64,000 nt of DNA from Candidatus Altimarinota bacterium (GTDB lineage Bacteria > Patescibacteriota > Gracilibacteria > BD1-5 > UBA2023): contig JANMHM010000057.1 in assembly GCA_031375155.1 (NCBI GenBank), positions 2,661-66,660 of the forward strand, given 5' to 3'. Under the pieces are notes generated by a model. It was not told the origin of the DNA. It searched no databases and was given only the letters and a program-made list of their open reading frames with translations. How positions within the stretch are numbered: position 1 is the first letter of the stretch; each line of letters starts with the position of its first letter. Of this stretch, positions 32,277 through 43,945 are shown in pieces. The translations under genes and the position numbers were made by a program.

Positions 32277-35252
32277 ATGATCTATAGTCCTATACCACAT
32301 ACGACAAGTGCTCTTTTTCTTTCTGGAAAATGGATCGAAGATCACCAAAAAACGATTATTATCGTCGATAATAAAAAGGTTTTTGAAGAGATCAAGACAC
32401 TTGGACCCTCTATTTTTGGAAAAAATATCTCCCCTCTCGCACTTCTTGGGGAAGTTTTTTGTATAGAAGAAAGTACGGAAGATGTATTTCTCATGCATAC
32501 CGATCTCCTGCGTGGTACTGGTAATCTCGAGGAAAATCGGAGAAACTCTACGAGAAGCTGGAGTCTCGGCGAGACTATACCCCCATGAGACCTGATAGAA
32601 AGCCTTCTCATACTCGGGTATACGCAGGCGAGCCACCCATGAGAGTCTCTCACCTACAGACGAGATGGATCACTCATACGGATCTGGCGCGATGCGAGTG
32701 AGTACATGATCGAGTACTTCGACGATACGATCGAGGGCATCATGGAAAAGCGAGATGGAGTGCTTCATCACCGTCAGACTCTTACTCTTCCTTCTGAGAA
32801 AGTCAGAGATCCATATGATAGTACCCATATAAACACCGCACTTTTCCCTCTTTTCTCACCCAGAGTAGGTGTATTTATTTCTTGCGAATTTTTGCAAGAG
32901 AAAGAAGAACTCTCAAAAAGTATGATATCTGTACTCGAGCTCTCCTCGCTGAGCGTAGAAGGAAGTACAAAACTCGATATAGATACACCCTCGATAGATG
33001 ATCTCGAGTGACTTCGCGCCCTCCTCTCTTCCCATGACTCACCTATCGTGATCACGAGATACGCGAAGAGAGTCCGAGAATTTGCAGCAGAAAATCATCT
33101 CTCTCATGTGAAAATACAAGAATCTCGTCATATTCATGAAAGCTTTTCTCTTTCAGGAAAGAGAGCACTCCTCTGAAAAAATAAAGGAGAAACAGGATCA
33201 TTTCTCCTCATAGGGGACGACATCATAGGGAAGATATTTATCCAAAACCGCGTCAGAAAATGAAGTGTCAAAAATCTCGACCTTCTCCTCTCTATCCGTC
33301 CTGGGGATCATGTCGTCCATAGGGAACATGGGATCGGAAAATATCGAGAAATACTCAAAAAACGTATCGGACTCATCGAACGAGAATATATGGAGATCGA
33401 GTATGCATTGGGGGATAAGGTATTTGTCCCACTTACTGAGCTCACCCGAGTGACCAAGTATATCGGTGAAGAAAATCCATCTCTGATGAAGCTCGAATGA
33501 AAAGAGTGGGAAAAAGCACTCTCAAAAACAGATGAAGAGATCGTGATCATCGCAGGAGAAATACTCCTCACTGATGCAAAAAGACGCCTAGAAAAATGAA
33601 TCCAGTTTAAGAGCTTTCCTCTCGAAGAGAAAAAATTCGAAAAAGCCTTTGCTCATATACACACACTCGATCAAACATCTATCATAGAAGAGATACGCCA
33701 CGATATGGAAGATAGTACACCTATGGATCGACTTATCTCAGGAGATGTCGGGTTCGGGAAGACCGAAGTCGCGATGAATGCTATCTATAAGGCTGTACTC
33801 TCTGGCATGCAGGTGGCCTGTATTTCTCCACTTCTCATACTCGCCGAAGAGCACAGAGAAACTTTCGAAGAGAGACTCTCTGCCTTCTGAGTGCGTGTAG
33901 CATCACTCACTCGCATGACGAGTAAGAAAGAAGAGAAAGCTATCCTAAAAGCTATGCAGGAAGGGACTGTCGACGTCGTCGTCGGTACCCATAGACTCCT
34001 CTCAGAAGATGTACACTTTCGTAGACTCGGGCTTCTCGTGATCGATGAGGAGCACCGATTTGGTGTATCGCAAAAAGAAGCTATCAAAAAACTTAAAACC
34101 CATATCGACATCCTCTCCTTATCGGCGACACCGATACCAAGAAGTATGAATCTCGCACTCTCGGGACTCAAAAAAATATCCATCCTCGCCACTCCTCCTC
34201 GCGCGAAAAAGCCCATAGATACTATCATAACTCGCTGGGATGAACACATCATAAAACGGGCAATAGAAAAAGAAATGAGTCGATGAGGTCAAGTGATCAT
34301 CCTCCATAATCGTATCCGATCGCTTCCGATGATCGAGAAAGAAATCGAAGAAATCACAGAAAAAAAGGCTCGCATCATCACCCTTCATGGTCGTATGACA
34401 TGAGAAGAGATAGAAGATCGCATACACGCATTTAAAAAAGGAGAGTACGATATCCTCCTATCGACGACTGTCATAGAGAATGGGGTCAATTTTCTCTCTG
34501 CGAACACTATGATCATCTCCGATGCAGAGGAATTCGGACTCGCACAGCTCCATCAGATCAGATGAAGAGTCGGACGAAAAGATATAGCATGAGTGTGCTA
34601 TCTCACCTATCGTAAACATGAGCTCTCGAGTGATGAGCGTGAACGGATGATGGTACTCGCAGAAAATAGTAGTCTCGGAAGTGGATTCGAGATCGCGATG
34701 CGAGATATGCAGATCCGTGGTACAGGAGATATCCTCGGATTTCGTCAGTCAGGAAAGACGAAAGAAGTCGGTATATCTCTCTACTTCCAGCTCCTCGAGG
34801 AGAAAGTCGAAGAGCTCAGAAATGGAAAAAAAACAGATGACCGATGTAAAATCGAGCTTGAACTCTCGTATGTGATCGAGGACGATTTCTTTGACTCTGA
34901 GCTGGATAAAGTATCATTTTTCCGAGATATCGACTCGATCGAGACGCTTCCTGATCTCGACTATGCAGAGGCGACTTTCGGTGGGAGAGAAATGCCTGAA
35001 AGTATGGGAAATCTCTTCCTCTCACTGAGATCCAGTATCATCCTCACTGGGTACAGTGTGAAAAAAGTCTCAAAAATAGGAAATAACTATCACTTCGATT
35101 TTCATGAATGAACTCGTCCTGACGATCTGCGAAGATTCATGGATCGTTTCGACTCCTGAGGTGATATGATCATCGTATCTATCACGAAAATCCGCGTCGA
35201 GACAGGCCTTTGGAAAGGGGTGAGGGAGTTTCTCGAGAGTATTGTAGGATAA
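32277..35252 (+). CDS. mfd: transcription-repair coupling factor Mfd
   Basis: PGDHVVHREHGIGKY, DRLISGDVGFGKTEVAM, LLVIDEEHRFGV, LSLSATPIPRS, -G-RVGR. Fragments 32277-32588, 32706-33011, 33705-33890, 33891-34286 and 34593-35111 are in one frame, which is open to TAA 35250-35252. Confidence 0.93.
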
Positions 35253-35321
35253 AGAAATCAGTGCATATATAGTATACTCATCATAGTGCTCAAAATTTGC
35301 TTCTTTACTTTTCAGGTGTTA

Positions 35322-35460
35322 CAGAACGACGAATGAGTGGGGGATCGGGGGTGGCAATGATCTGAAAATCAAATATCGGGAAATAGCATGTGAAAACTCC
35401 GTTGCCACCCCCGAAACTTTTGCATACTTTTGGTTACAAAAGTATATTCAAAAACACCTA
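35322..35460. other. nested-helix structured region (ncRNA or complex terminator) between convergent mfd and the cyclase gene
   Basis: An outer helix AGGTGTT/AACACCT encloses a 12-bp GC-rich helix, CGGGGGTGGCAA (about 35343-35354) with TTGCCACCCCCG (about 35401-35412). A hairpin ATACTTTT-ggttac-AAAAGTAT is also present. Confidence 0.3.
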
Positions 35461-35474
35461 ACCTCAAGTGGAGA

Positions 35475-35509
35475 GATCCCTCGACTCCATTTCATTTCGC
35501 TCGGGATAA
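35475..35509 (-). repeat. GTCAT-family hairpin repeat copy (minus orientation, TTAT variant)
   Basis: The minus strand reads ttATCCCgagcgaaatgaaatggagtcgaGGGATc. Confidence 0.5.
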
Positions 35510-35552
35510 TTATTTTGTATCGGATCGTTCTACGAACTCTCGGACAAAATAA

Positions 35553-37553
35553 TTATTTATGTGTCATCTTATACACTCCTCCTTCGACTGTGATATCTCA
35601 CTTCAATATCTCGACACAGCGCATCGCCATGACACGCGACGGCGCATCATCTGTCATATTTTTTTCGAATAACTGCCCTGCTTCGAGATACTTCCCTGTG
35701 AAGTAGAGAGCGAGTGCTTCTTCATAGCGAAGATATTTTGTACGGTCGAGAGTGGTATCACTGTTTTTCGCGAGGAGCTCGTAGATCATCACTCACTCAG
35801 TTTTTCCCTTTACCGCGACTCGATCGAGTGCACGAGCATAGTACTCATCCTTTACAGATTCATAAGTCGGTCATGCGATGATAGTATGAGTGCTATATTC
35901 TTTCGATGTAGCTTCGAGACGAGAAGCGAGATTCACCGTATCTCAGAGGACTGTATAGTTAAATCTATCATGTGACCCGATATTCCCGACGAGGACTTCC
36001 CCGCTCGCGATCCCGATACGGAAGTCGATCGGATCAAGCCCTCGAGACGTGATTTCAGCATTGAACTCTGGAAGTGCCGCTCGCATAGCGAGCGCTGTTG
36101 CGCAGGCGCGCTTCGCGTGATCAGGAATGGGGAGTGGCGCTCAGAAAAATCCCATTACCGCGTCTCCTATATATTTATCCAGTGTCCCTCCGTGACTCGT
36201 GAGTATCCCGGTCATACGGGTGAGGTACGACGACATGAGTGAGAAGAGATCCATAGGAGCGAGTTTCTCGGATATAGTCGTGAATCCTGCGATATCCGAA
36301 AAGAGTATCGAGAGTTCACGTGACTCTCCCCCGAGGTTGATCTCTCCTGATTTCTCTGCGATCTCAGAAACGAGAGTCGGATCGACATAGTGAGCAAATG
36401 CCGAGGTGATCATACGTTTCTCACGGTCGATGATGAAGAATCGGTAGATGAAAGTGATCGGAAATGAGAATATGCCAACCGCAAGAAGAACAGGAAATAT
36501 CTCGATGACGAGAGCATATTGGAAGTAGAGATATCGACAGAGAAATGCTGTGAAGATGAGTAATATAAGAGCAACGAGGGGGCTCACGAATTTCGGAAGG
36601 AAGAGGTAGAGAACAACCACGAACAATACAAGAAATAGAAGAGTTACGAAAAGAAGTGGGTGTGTAGTGTTGATATCCCGTAGGATACGATTCTGGAGAA
36701 ATCCATCGAGCATATGTGCATGAGACTCGACTCCATCCATCATCATCCCTGATACTGGCGAAACAAACTGATCATGGATGAGCGTACCTGACTCACCGAT
36801 AAAAATGTATTTCCCAGCAAAATTCGCTATAAGATCAAGTTTATTTGCAGAGATAACATCAGAGAGTGAAACCGCACCATAGCTCCCTGGTTTTCCAAAA
36901 AATGGGGAGAGATGAGATATATTGTTCTCGGTCACTCCAGTGTAGGTATTGGTTTTTTTATATAGAGAGAGCGGGAGCGTATCGACCACACTCGATACTG
37001 TTTCAGTGGAAAAAACTCTCCGATCTCCTCTCTTTCCCACAGCAACATCTCAGACTGTTGTCTCACTATAGACTGACCGGGGTCTTCATTCACAGGTTAC
37101 ATAAACACTATCCTGGTCTTTCGAACACTCGCCATTTTCTGTAGTCGTCGCGATCACGACATTCGTATATTTCTTCATCGTCTCTGCGAATTTCTCTTCA
37201 TCAGGATCCTTATTTTGAAACACTATATCGAACGCTATTCCCTTCACTCCCACTCCTTCAAGTCGTTCTATGAGATCGGTATAGACTGACTTCGGTATCG
37301 TAAGCATTTTTTGGTCGCTTTTTGCCTGGAGAGCATTCAGTGAGGCATCATCGATCGCTATGATCGCGATATCTTTCGATGGTTTGAAGTCGTATATGTA
37401 GAGCTTCGACTGTACTCCTGTCTCACGATAGACGAAAAAATGTGTAATGGGAATCAGGAAATCTGCACCAAAAAGTCGCACCACCCCAAAAATGAGAGTG
37501 AGTGTGATCGCCCATATCGCGAAAATGTGCTTGAGATTTCGAGTGAATTGCAT
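35553..37553 (-). CDS. CHASE2 sensor-domain class III adenylate/guanylate cyclase
   Basis: An N-terminal TM and CHASE2-like region (IAIIAIDDASLNAL...GIAFDIVF) is followed by a TM cluster. The cyclase core is LSILFSDIAGFTTISEKL...LDKYIGDAVMGFF-G-AP...GIASGEVLVGNIGS...YTVLGDTVNLASRLE, with a TPR-like tail. Three fragments share one frame. TAA stop at comp. 35553-35555. Confidence 0.9.
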
Positions 37554-37594
37554 ATGATTTCGCTTAAGAGTATCTTATCATGTATTTCTTTTTT

Positions 37595-37888
37595 ATGCAA
37601 AAATCCTTCGTTTCCTGAATCATCGCATGAGTGGTCATAACTCTCATGAGTATATCGACGGTCGCACATGCGGCAAGTGGAGGACTCTTCGGCGAGATCC
37701 TCGCGAAGATCCTCGGTATCTCATCAGCAAATGTCCTGAGTTATAATGGAGATGGTACAGTGGCAAATGCACAGATGCTCTCTGGGATAACAGCAGATCA
37801 GTTCCAAAAAGTAAATCCAGGTCAATCGTGCGGTGGAGGAAAGTGCATAGCAGGATTCGATACGAGTGGGAATGTACTCTGTCGATAA
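37595..37888 (+). CDS. small secreted protein (hypothetical)
   Basis: MQKSFVS-G-IIA-G-VVITLMSISTVAHA is a signal peptide. The motif GEILAKIL...DGTVANAQMLSG...C..GKC also appears at the N-terminus of the next large gene (38441). Confidence 0.6.
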
Positions 37889-37970
37889 GAGAAGACTAGT
37901 TGCTAGAGGTCTAGTCCGAAAAATAATCCCTGCATACCTCTAGTCCTCTAGACTTCTAATTCCTCCTCCC

Positions 37971-38330
37971 ATGCCTCACTACGAAAAACTCCAAATCTGG
38001 ACTAGATCGGTCGCTTGCACAGAGCATATTTATAAAATCATTAGAAATAGTACAGAATTTTGTAAAGATTTTTGACTGAGAGACCAGATACAAAGGTCGA
38101 GCGTAAGTATAGCAAGTAATATCGCTGAATGAAGTGAAAGAGAAACAAAAATAGAGTTTATTAGATATCTTATAATATCGAGGTGAAGTATAGCAGAATG
38201 CAGAACCCAAATTCTTATAGCAAAAAATATTGGTTATATTGGAGAGGATGATTATAATGAGTTGGAAAAGGAGTTTTCAGAAATACATAAAATGATCAAC
38301 GGACTCATAACATCTCTTCGAAATAAATAA
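37971..38330 (+). CDS. four-helix-bundle protein (23S rRNA intervening-sequence protein family)
   Basis: MPHYEKLQIWTRSVACTEHIYKIIRNSTEFCKDF-G-LRDQIQRSSVSIASNIAE-G-SERETKIEFIRYLIISR-G-SIAECRTQILIAKNIGYI matches the L.vw..a.....y......f......l..Q..Ra..SI..NIAEG pattern. Confidence 0.85.
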
Positions 38331-38440
38331 TTTTACTTCTTACTAAACTTCTAGATATCTCGTCTTCTCGACCGCTTCTTTATCTCTTTTTATTTCTTAC
38401 TAGGATTCTAGGCATCTAGTCTTCTAGACTTCTCTTTCCT

Positions 38441-40192
38441 ATGCGCAAACTCGTCATACTTATCTGCATCCTCATCACAGGTGGTGCTGTCTATGCTCTC
38501 GTTCCGAACCTCTTCCCTGATAACTCACTCTTCCCTCGTGTTCCGACGGCTGAGGGAACGATCGGAAATATCCTCGAGAAGCTCCTCGTGCGGACGATCA
38601 CTGATGCGAGTCAGGATGGCACTGTGAAAAATAGCATGAAGCTCGATAATAGAACTGCGACAGGATATCTCAAAAGAATGAACTGCTCGGGAACTCAGGT
38701 ATGGACAGGGATCACTGCAGATGGTACTCCGAACTGTGCCGATACGGCGATACTGCTTGCCGACTATGGTACTATCTCCGAGCAAGGATGTGCCGCTACG
38801 GTATACCATGCAGATGGAACATTCACTAGTACGAGTAATACAGGAGATACGCTGAAATCAGGAGATATAGTAAAAACCCAGAACCTTCCGAACTGTACTC
38901 TCACTATCGCCTTCGCAGACCTCTCGATCCTCCGTCTCGATATCGATACGACGGTATCTCTGGATCTCTTCGAGAGACCATCTGAGCCAGGAAAGACGAT
39001 CGCCAGTGCCATCCTCGAGAATGGCTCACTTTGGGGACGCATCCTCACAGATACCGGATCCTACTCGATCGGGACAGATAAGATCGTCGCATGAGTCCGC
39101 GGGACGAGTATCGCACTCGTCTCGACAGGAAATACGCTCATCATCTGAAGTACGATGAGTACAGCAAGTGGGTGGATCATATCAAAAACTCCGACCCCGA
39201 ACTACAATACTGAACTCGTGATCGTGGATAGTATCAATACTACCTCACCGGATAACCCTGCTGCGACCGTCTACTGTCGTGGGACGGGTGGAACTGCGAC
39301 ACCACTGAATAATATGGATCCCGAGAACCAGTACACTATAGCAACTTCATGAGCATGATGTCTCCCTGCAGGACCACCTCGAGCCCTCACGAGTAGTGCT
39401 GCTACCCTCTACGCTCGCTCACCATGGATCAGGAGAAATACACAAAAAGATGTGAACTATATGTATCGCCTGCTTGCGCGCTCTGGAAGTAGTCTATCAT
39501 TACCTCGTTTCTATAAGATCAATAACGAGCTCACTCTCTCACAACCTCCAGATAGTCCACTTGATTCTGAGAACAAAAATATCTGTGAATCAGGGCAAAA
39601 ATGGTGGACTCCACGATATGGATGTCAGCCAAATACTCTCTATGCAATAGCAGACTATACACTTCCTATAATATCAGGTGTTTCACAATCATCTACGCCT
39701 TTTGTGGGCACCCCGACTACACTTATCTATTCAGGCTCATCTAGTCTAATAGGGTTACCAGAAATGCCTGGATCAAAATCTGCAGGAGTAAATGGCGTGG
39801 AAATCACACAAGTAGGGCAATATATACAATACTATCCCGATCCGAATTTCACTGGAGGGCTTATGGGAGGAGTAATGACAATAGAACTAGCAAGTCCCGT
39901 ATGATCAAGTGTGCCCAATCCTTTAGGAAATAAATGGTATGTTGCTGATTTAGGAACAAGTACAAGTAGATTCTTCGTTTGGAAGAATACTAATTGCTCA
40001 GGTACTTCAACAACAGGTATCAACTGGTTATGCCCCTCAAACATTGATGTTACAAATTCCCTTACTATAAGTATTCCACTAAGTACCTCTACTATAGCTG
40101 CTATATGAAATATATGGTTGCCGAGCAATACATCAATTCATTTAAAGGGACCTATCTGAACAAGTATTAAAAAATTGACTATATCTAACTAG
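38441..40192 (+). CDS. secreted/membrane-anchored FecR-domain protein (583 aa)
   Basis: N-terminal anchor MRKLVILICILITGGAVYALV. FecR-like core LKSGDIVKTQNLPNCTLTIAFADLSILRLDIDTTVSLDL...GSLWGRILTDTGSYSIGTDKIVA-G-VRGTSIAL. Fragments 38441, 39155, 39452 and 39911 share a frame. TAG stop at 40190-40192. Confidence 0.8.
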
Positions 40193-42273
40193 CCATCGTT
40201 TCTCATACTGATAGTAAATGCTTTTGAAATTGATTTTCAGCCATTAGTAGCAGTAACAATCACACTAAATGGTGATGTTACTATTGCATCATATGTTCAT
40301 GTAATAGCTCAAGTTGCTGTATTAATAGAAAGAGATCATACTCATACTCATACTACAGTAGTCGGAAGTCATGTAGCAGAATATGTAATTGCTCTACCTA
40401 GTGGGTCAGAAACTCCCCCGGTATTTATTGGGATAATTGGAGTAAATCAAGCATTATCACTCACGGTCATATCCCCAAGATTCGCAAAAGCTGATCCTAC
40501 TGGAGCCACTGGAGCCACATCATTTACAGTGATAGTCGCTGTTTTTGCTACTGGGGTGCTCTTCCCATCTGTAACCGTATAGATAAAGCTATATGTCCCT
40601 GGCATGACTCTTCCTGTATAGGTGAAGGCTCCCGTCGCATTCGTAGAGAGAGTTCCTGCACTTGGTTGTGCGGTGATAGCATAGGTGAGAGTATCTCCAG
40701 GATTGGGATCGCTAGCCGTAAGTTGTCCTGAAGTACTGAGCGTGAGACTCGCATCCACAGTGAATCCTGAAAATATCGGAGTCGGCGCTACGTTTGCTGG
40801 AGCATCGAGAGTCGTGATATCGAAACTATCAGATATTCATCAGACAGTGAGAGTCACAGAAGTTTTCGTACTATTGAGAGAAGAAGAAGTTCACTGAACA
40901 CGGACAGTTTGACCATTGGTGATTGTACCAGCAGTACTCGTGAATGCTCATGAATTGATACTGTATGCTCATCATGTCACAGAAATAGGTGCAGGTTGGT
41001 TGATGCCTGAGATGTTTATAGGCGCTGAAGTAGTGAGAGTACTGAGAGCTACTCCTGTCTGATCCGCAAAAGTAAATGCATCTGGAGTAGTATCTGGATT
41101 TACTGTAAAATTCAGTGTCTGGTTAGCACTTACTGGGTTGATTCCCTGAGCCTTTACTCGAACCAAAACAGTCTGAACTCATGGGTATACAGTAGTAGGA
41201 CTAAAGTCTGACCACGATGTTCCACCATTCGTAGAAACCTCAAGTGTCGATGACACAAGCGATCCACAGTTTATCGTATTAGCTACATCATCGACCGTAC
41301 AAGTGGGAGTTGGAGGTGTCACTGGAAGTACTGGTGCTGCCGTGACCGTAATAGTGACTGTCGCTGGCCTGAGCGAATTTGTCTGCCCATCGAAAGCGTA
41401 ATACGTAAATGAATCTGTTCCCACATATCATGCTGCCGGAGTATAGCGTATCTTTCCGGATTCCATAGTAGCGATACCATGTGCTGGCTGGGTGATAGCT
41501 CATATACTCAGAGTATTTCTATCAGCATCTGTATCATTCAGAAGGACATCTATGAGAGTACTAGTACCAGACTGGAGAGAAGTAGTATCATTATTTGCTA
41601 CTGGAGGATTATTTACCGGTACAGTGATAACTGTACAAGCACCATTTCGTGTAGCTTTATAGGTAATTTCTCATGTTTGATGGTTCACTGTTGCCTCGAG
41701 TTTCTGTAGAGCTGCATTTGGATTCGGGCTAGTGATAGACCAAGTTTGCACCATAATACCAGTTGCTGCCTGCACTTCATTTATAGAAAGTGCTCAGAAC
41801 GTTCATGCTGATCAGAGAGCCATGAAGAGTGCTGCAGCATCTTTTTTATTTTTTGTCAGTGCTGTCACGACCGCTCCTGATCATACCACAAGAGCCATGA
41901 GGAGCATGAGCATACGTCCATCAAGTGTAGGAACTACGACCACAGTCTGCGCTGTTATTTGCTGATAGACATCCTTCGGGATAGCGAGAGTGAGTCCGTC
42001 GAGACTACAATTCAGAGTTCCAGCTTCGGGAGTAGGTGTTACTTTGAGTACAAGATTACTCTTCATATTGGCTCACACCTGGAAAGTCCCATTTGCATTA
42101 TTATCGGATGAAAATGATACTTGCCTTCCTCATACAGTTGTCGCATCTGGCATGGTAAGTATAGCATCAGCTCTGGCTGGAAATGGTGATGATGTCTGTG
42201 CTCCGGCATCTGGCGCTCATCCGAGTGCGAGAGCAGTACTAGCAGCAGCGAGACTTGATTGTAGCTTAGTCAT
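40189..42273 (-). CDS. surface protein with cadherin-like/Ig-like repeats (694 aa)
   Basis: NNPPVANNDTTSLQSGTSTLIDVLLNDTDADRNTLSI-G-AITQPAHGIATMESGKIRYTPAA-G-YVGTDSFTYYAFDG is cadherin-like/VCBS-type. It also has an FTFADQTGVALSTLTTSAPINISGI...TNGQTVRVQ module and ITYSAT-G-LPTTVV...SINTATGAITGTY (putative Ig). No TAA/TAG in frame. Confidence 0.85.
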
Positions 42274-42350
42274 ATAGGACAATATTAAAAAAATACCCCT
42301 TCATTATACGAGAAGAGATATTTTGTCAAATAGAATTTGTTTTTTTGTGT

Positions 42351-42644
42351 TTATCTCTTCGAGGACTTCCATGCTGGGATGGTTTCAGCACGGATATCAG
42401 ATATATCATGGAATGCCTGGTTCGAGAGCTTCCACATGGTATTATTGTAGTCTTCTTGATTTGCTCGAAATTCTCGGAGCTCTGAAGAAAGAGTATCTAC
42501 TTTTCACTCCAGCCCATCGAATCGTCACTCGAACCCGTCGAATCGTCATTCTAGTCCATCGAATCTTCATTCGAGAGAGTGAAATCAAGCCTTCATAGCC
42601 TTCATTTCTTCGAGCATTGTTTGTTGGAATTCTGTATCTGTCAT
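42351..42644 (-). CDS. small coiled-coil protein with E-G-R-F-D-G-L heptad repeats
   Basis: MTDTEFQQTMLEEMKAMKA-G-FHSLE-G-RFDGLE-G-RFDGFE-G-RFDGLE-G-KVDTLSSELREFRANQEDYNNTMWKLSNQAFHDISDIRAETIPAWKSSKR. The heptad segment carries four evenly spaced TGA (five TGA in the whole ORF). Confidence 0.55.
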
Positions 42645-42665
42645 ACTGCGATATTATAAAAAGAA

Positions 42666-42920
42666 TTACTTCGCCATCCGTGCCTTCCATGGCGGGAGGA
42701 CTTCTCTACTGATTTCATTGATACTATTAAATGCCTGATTGTTTAGGTTCCAGATAGCAGAGTTGAATGCCTCTTGGTTAGCATTGAATGCCTCTTGGTT
42801 AGACTTAAAACTCGTGAGCTCTTCATGGATAGCCTGTTGTCAGGCTTCGAGAGATTTCTGTCACACTTCGAGAGAGCTCATTTTTTCGAGCATTGTTTGT
42901 TGGAATTCTGTATCAGTCAT
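42666..42920 (-). CDS. small coiled-coil protein (paralogue of 42351-42644)
   Basis: MTDTEFQQTMLEKMSSLEV-G-QKSLEA-G-QQAIHEELTSFKSNQEAFNANQEAFNSAIWNLNNQAFNSINEISREVLPPWKARMAK. Its first 11 residues (MTDTEFQQTML) are identical to the neighbour. Confidence 0.55.
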
Positions 42921-43182
42921 ATGAAAAAATAAAGGATATATACAGAGTATACACGATTTTTCTATTTTGCAAAAATATTTTATAGGATTCTTGAGTGGAT
43001 ATGCTTCTTTTGTTCGAGAGAAATTCATTTTTGCACACATATTTTGCTCAATACACATCAAAATATCCTATTTTTCATAGAATTTTGTGTATGTCAAAAA
43101 TGTGATCTCGCCGATAGCAGGAACGAAGGTCGGCACTATAGTGAGATCGCCTGCGAAAGCAAATGAGAAAAAGTGGAATCAC

Positions 43183-43211
43183 TTGACGCACGAGGTGCTA
43201 TAAGGTAAAAT
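43183..43211 (+). promoter_or_regulatory. sigma70-like promoter candidate
   Basis: TTGACG (43183-43188) is followed by a 17-nt spacer and TAAAAT (43206-43211), 45 nt upstream of ATG 43256. Confidence 0.45.
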
Positions 43212-43255
43212 ATGCTCGTAATCGCGAAAATTATCTTTTTCTAACTTTCTCGAAT

Positions 43256-43885
43256 ATGGCAGGCAATACTCCAACATCAGCAATCCCACAAAGCCTCGAA
43301 ACACCAAAAAATATAAATGTGTCGAAAGTGTCAGCAGCAGTTACTGCTGTTATTCTAGCGTTCCATTTGCAGCTCGCCAATGCCCAAACAGCAGTTGCCA
43401 TGAATACAGCTTCTGGAACTCTCTCATCCACCTCCGCTAGCACTGCGGGGGACAAAAAAAATGGTTGACAAATCTTAAGAAAAGCCGATGGTTCGATTGA
43501 TTTTTGAGGATGGCTATCGGGGAAAACTCCAGAAGAGATAAAAAAGATGGTAAAATGATTGACTGACTCAGAATATGATAGTTATCTGGAGTGGAAGACA
43601 AATAAAAATAATCAGAAAGTTGCGACAGGACAAAAATTGGATGCGACAAATGAACAAAAAATTGCGACGATATGAAGTGGAAATCAAGATTTGCAAAAAT
43701 TGGATTCAACGAATGAGCAAAAGGTTGCGACGATATCAGCGTATGAGATAATAGACCAATATCAGAAAGTACTTTTAGCCTGATGATACCTAAAGCCTGA
43801 TGATAAAGTGACTCTAAGGAGAGCATTAGATACACCAGGAATTGACTGAAATCTCAAAGAAAAGCTCAAACAATATACACTTTAG
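43256..43885 (+). CDS. hypothetical protein (209 aa) with a hydrophobic N-terminal segment
   Basis: ATG 43256 to TAG 43883-43885. The N-terminal segment is VSAAVTAVILAFHLQLANA. It shares a 104-nt module and (K)(I/V)ATGQKLDAT motifs with the next gene. Confidence 0.6.
43461..43564 (+). repeat. 104-nt coding module, copy 1
   Basis: Identical to 44178-44281 except for 2 substitutions. It encodes G-G-QILRKADGSIDF-G-GWLSGKTPEE(I/L)KKMVK-G-LT. Confidence 0.85.
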
Positions 43886-43945
43886 TAGATTTTTGCAAAA
43901 ATTCTCACTATATGATACCATACTTATCACTAGTATGGTATTTTT

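Noticed and set aside
43090-43150. gccgatagcaggaacgaaggtcggc looked like another GTCAT-family hairpin copy.
   Set aside because: It shares the aggaacgaag loop and a complementary stem but lacks the GTCAT/ATC borders. It is too weak to count.
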